DNA of 64,000 nt from an uncultured Cytophagia bacterium (lineage in GTDB: Bacteria; Zhuqueibacterota; Zhuqueibacteria; Residuimicrobiales; Krinioviventaceae), in NCBI GenBank assembly GCA_964399735.1, contig CAYNSO010000008.1, positions 2,150 to 66,149 of the forward strand, in the 5' to 3' direction. The position numbers and the translations under genes were made by a program. Every line of letters begins with the position of its first letter. Position 1 is the first letter of the stretch. Under the pieces are notes generated by a model. That model had not been told where the DNA came from. It saw only the letters and a program-made list of their open reading frames with translations, and did not search any database. Shown here one piece after another: positions 61,024 to 64,000 of the stretch.

Positions 61024-61728
61024 ATGGGAATGACAGGAATTGCACAAAACGTTTACGATGCCCTTTTTACCAATACATCAAATGTATATTTTTTTGATGC
61101 AGTAATTAATGTTTTGATCGCATTTGTAGTTGGTTTTATAATTTCTTCGGTTTACCGGATTACCTATAAAGGCTATTCTTATTCATCATCTTTTGTAAAT
61201 ACAGTTGTTATTATAACCATGGTAACCACCATTGTAATTATGATCATCGGTAATAACCTGGCGCGGGCGTTTGGTTTGGTGGGCGCCATGTCGATTATCC
61301 GTTTTCGTGCTGCTGTTAAAGATACACGGGATATTGCCTTTGTGTTTTTTGGTCTTGCAGCCGGTATGGCTGTTGGAGCCGGCGCTATTATGTTGGCGCT
61401 GGTTAGCACAATTTTAATCAGCATCATTATACTCATCCTTTATTATACCAATTATGGTTATATCTATCACAGGGAATTGATCCTTCGTTTTTGGATGCAG
61501 GCCGAATTAAACGATGAACAGCCATACCTGCCGATATTTAAAAAATATCTTTCCCAGCATACATTAATGTATATGCGTTCCGCTCGTTTGGGGCAGTTTC
61601 TGGAAGTTTCGTTCAACATCCGTTTCAGGCGAGAGGATGACCAGCAAGCCTTTATCAGCGAGTTGAGCGCCCGTGAGGGAATTGAACGGGTATCTTTGAT
61701 TATGGGTGAAGAGAGCGATACATATTAA
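61024..61728 (+). CDS. DUF4956-like membrane protein
   Basis: 4 TM helices plus a C-terminal soluble region. A conserved partner of VTC-domain genes. Confidence 0.45.
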   Translation: MGMTGIAQNVYDALFTNTSNVYFFDAVINVLIAFVVGFIISSVYRITYKGYSYSSSFVNTVVIITMVTTIVIMIIGNNLARAFGLVGAMSIIRFRAAVKDTRDIAFVFFGLAAGMAVGAGAIMLALVSTILISIIILILYYTNYGYIYHRELILRFWMQAELNDEQPYLPIFKKYLSQHTLMYMRSARLGQFLEVSFNIRFRREDDQQAFISELSAREGIERVSLIMGEESDTY

Positions 61729-61743
61729 AATGATTGCCGGGGG

Positions 61744-62718
61744 TTATTGGCTGATGAATAGTTTGTAAATCGTCTCCAGGGTTTTAGCCTTTTTCTTTAG
61801 CATATCGTCTTTGGAATTGCCATAAACAAGGCCGGAAGCCGCGCCGGCGTGGCCGTTACCAATGTTTAACTGGCGCATAATTTCCCCTGTATCTTTGTTA
61901 TGCTGAATCGAATTTAAATTGACGCTGAGAGATATGGAAAATGAAAGGTCGTTGGTTTTAACATTGTTGCGGAACAGATTGCTCACCTGCACCACTCCCA
62001 GCGCCTGGGGATATATTAAATAGGCCAGATTTTTAATAATAAACGGACGGCGGTTGTATTTGGTAAGGTCGATGATCATTAACTGCTGATCATGGTCTTG
62101 CGGTAAAAAAGAGATGTCGCCGCGAATTTTGTTCAGCATTTCCTGTTCTTCAGCCATAAACTTTTGGTAGCGTTTTTTTACTCCGGGCAGAGTTGCAACT
62201 ATTTCCAGGGGTTTTTCTTTAAGCAAGAGGACCAGGCTTTTTAAATACTGCCATTTTATTTCGGGGCTGTCTTCAGTAACTTTGGTTGTAGCGTCCACAA
62301 TTTTACCCGGTGTTTCCCGGCGCCAGTCGTCAATGTTTTGATAGTTAAAGGAATCGATAATATCGGCCTCATCTACCAGGTTTTTAAAATGGTCAGGCAG
62401 GTTTTGTTTTTCGAGGAAATATTCATAGACTACCCTGGCGCACGAGTCTTTGATGGCAAACCGGCCCGGAATAGATTGTTGGTCGATTTTGCGATATTGC
62501 AAGTCTTCGAGGTTGCCTTGGTGATGGTCGAACCACATCCCGCATTCCAGGGGATAAGGCAGATCGCAGACAATATCTTTTATAGTTATTGAAAGCAAGG
62601 CATCGCTGATTGTACGCGGCTGGGTGAAGGTAATGATATTAATATTCATGGTGTGCGAGCACAAAACTGCGCTCGCAACACCATCAAAATCGCTATGGGT
62701 AATAATACGTGTCAGCAT
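61744..62718 (-). CDS. DHH-family phosphoesterase (NrnA-like)
   Basis: HSDFDGVAS (DxD) and MWFDHHQGN (DHH) motifs. Confidence 0.75.
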   Translation of the reverse strand: MLTRIITHSDFDGVASAVLCSHTMNINIITFTQPRTISDALLSITIKDIVCDLPYPLECGMWFDHHQGNLEDLQYRKIDQQSIPGRFAIKDSCARVVYEYFLEKQNLPDHFKNLVDEADIIDSFNYQNIDDWRRETPGKIVDATTKVTEDSPEIKWQYLKSLVLLLKEKPLEIVATLPGVKKRYQKFMAEEQEMLNKIRGDISFLPQDHDQQLMIIDLTKYNRRPFIIKNLAYLIYPQALGVVQVSNLFRNNVKTNDLSFSISLSVNLNSIQHNKDTGEIMRQLNIGNGHAGAASGLVYGNSKDDMLKKKAKTLETIYKLFISQ

Positions 62719-62723
62719 AAAGG

Positions 62724-63956
62724 TTATTCGCGCACCAGGCGGTAGGTAATACCTGGTTCAATGACTTCGGCAATGCCAAGTCCTACAAAGCCGGTGGTAA
62801 TGGGAAGCTCCATAACGCCAAAATTTTTGGAATTTTTGGCGTTGAGAAAGAAATTATAATTGGCGCGAATGCTGGAAGCAATTTGGGGATAGTGGGCAAT
62901 ATCGTGATAATACCACACCAGCATATTTAAAACTCCCTGGCTGCGCTGCTGGTCTTCGCTGCGCAATTCACCCCATACGCCATCTTTATTTTGGCGATTA
63001 AGCAGCCATTGAATACTGCGGGCAATGGCTTTGCCGACGCTCTTTTTAAATTCCTGGTTGTCGGAATTCAGGTAACAGCTTACAATACCATCGGCCATGT
63101 AGCTCATGGTATCAAGCGGCCATTCATCAAGTTGAAAGTTGTGCAAAATATAGGGGAATTCTCCAAAGGGATCACGAATTTTTAAGAGATATTGAACGGC
63201 ATTTTCAGCAATTTCCAGATATTCGCGGTTGCCGGTCAGTTTGTAAATGCAGGAGAAAAAGGCAGCGCCGGTAACACTGGTTGAAATGGTATAAGGCGCC
63301 AGGGATAATTCGCCCTTGTAATAGCCACAGCCGATAGCGCCGGCATTTTCGCCTTCACGAATGATCCAGCCGTTGGAGCCGCCGCGGTTTTTTCCCTGGG
63401 GATCTTCTTTGGTTCCATAGATGACAAAGTTGGCATACAGTTTCAGAGCTTGCATGTATTTTTCGCGGCGTTCGCCCTCGCTATAGCGTACAATTGTAGC
63501 CAGGGCGGTGGCGCTGGTGCCGGCATCGCCAAGGTAGATATTGTCGTTGGCTGTAAAGTCGCCCCACCAGCCGGCTTTACAGTCATTTGAGGCAATGGTA
63601 ATTTGTTGTAAACTCACCAGCCGGTCGAACCATAGCAGGGCTTCTTCAAGATATTCCTGTTTACCGGTTATTTCATACCCGGCAACAAGTATGCGCCCCA
63701 GATTACTATTGATAAAAATTGAAGTACGGCGTTTTTCCGTAATCTTTAATTCTCCACTGCGTAAATCTGCTTTAATGATCCATTGGCAGATGCTGTCAAG
63801 ATAATTCACAAGCGCTGTGCGGGTTTTTTCGTCGGGGATTAGCGGTTCTGCTGCAAATATCTGTGATGTAAAAGCAAACAGAAGCAATGTTACCAGTAAA
63901 CCTGTGATCGAAAGATTTGTTTTTTTCATTTTTGGATTTTCCTGCTTTTGGTTCAT
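62724..63956 (-). CDS. secreted protein, alpha/alpha-toroid (six-hairpin) glycosidase-like (hypothetical)
   Basis: Signal peptide. The fold assignment is tentative. Confidence 0.3.
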   Translation of the reverse strand: MNQKQENPKMKKTNLSITGLLVTLLLFAFTSQIFAAEPLIPDEKTRTALVNYLDSICQWIIKADLRSGELKITEKRRTSIFINSNLGRILVAGYEITGKQEYLEEALLWFDRLVSLQQITIASNDCKAGWWGDFTANDNIYLGDAGTSATALATIVRYSEGERREKYMQALKLYANFVIYGTKEDPQGKNRGGSNGWIIREGENAGAIGCGYYKGELSLAPYTISTSVTGAAFFSCIYKLTGNREYLEIAENAVQYLLKIRDPFGEFPYILHNFQLDEWPLDTMSYMADGIVSCYLNSDNQEFKKSVGKAIARSIQWLLNRQNKDGVWGELRSEDQQRSQGVLNMLVWYYHDIAHYPQIASSIRANYNFFLNAKNSKNFGVMELPITTGFVGLGIAEVIEPGITYRLVRE

Positions 63957-64000
63957 TGAGTGATTTTGTATATAAGAACAGTTTTATTTACCTGGTTATG

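Overview
This 64 kb window is bacterial chromosome on both strands, probably from an uncultivated anaerobe; it carries a complete Bat aerotolerance operon and many outer-membrane and TonB genes. Most of the window (about 6.9-64 kb) is ordinary core genome: a fused purS-purL plus purQ, the fba-gap-tpiA-secG-tRNA-Leu(GAG) block, grpE with a dnaJ-like gene, degP, dnaK, clpB, moxR-DUF58-batABCDE, a TonB/outer-membrane cluster, yhaM, tRNA-Asn, and an hlyD-VTC-DUF4956 operon. The first ~6 kb is a compositionally mosaic accessory region. It has an AT-rich block of three co-oriented minus-strand genes: an AIPR-like abortive-infection ORF that starts at 1638 and runs off the left edge (absent from the ORF track because it has no in-window stop), a small ACT-like protein, and an OmpW-like barrel. 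Next comes about 1 kb of non-coding DNA that is dense in tandem and inverted repeats, with inverted ACGTGAG heptamer arrays bracketing 33-bp direct repeats and a 14-mer array. Scattered through 1.7-5.6 kb is a family of GC-rich ~100-nt two-hairpin elements whose copies differ by compensatory base-pair changes, suggesting selection on structure; I cannot match them to any described ncRNA or repeat family from sequence alone. After that come the GC-rich HD (p)ppGpp-hydrolase, Yip1 and aldo/keto-reductase genes, then a lone AmmeMemoRadiSam radical-SAM gene without its AMMECR1 and Memo partners. Other notable items are a NapH-NapG-like polyferredoxin fusion beside a Tat-DUF362 protein, a fused STAS-HATPase partner-switching protein, a DJ-1/PfpI-rubrerythrin fusion, and an extreme low-complexity lipoprotein. 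No CRISPR array, rRNA, transposase, integrase or reverse transcriptase was seen. Because AIPR proteins are a known family (though mostly uncharacterised), the best candidate for a previously undescribed element or system is the structured repeat family and the composite repeat locus beside this defence-gene island, but it is unconfirmed and its function, if any, is unknown.
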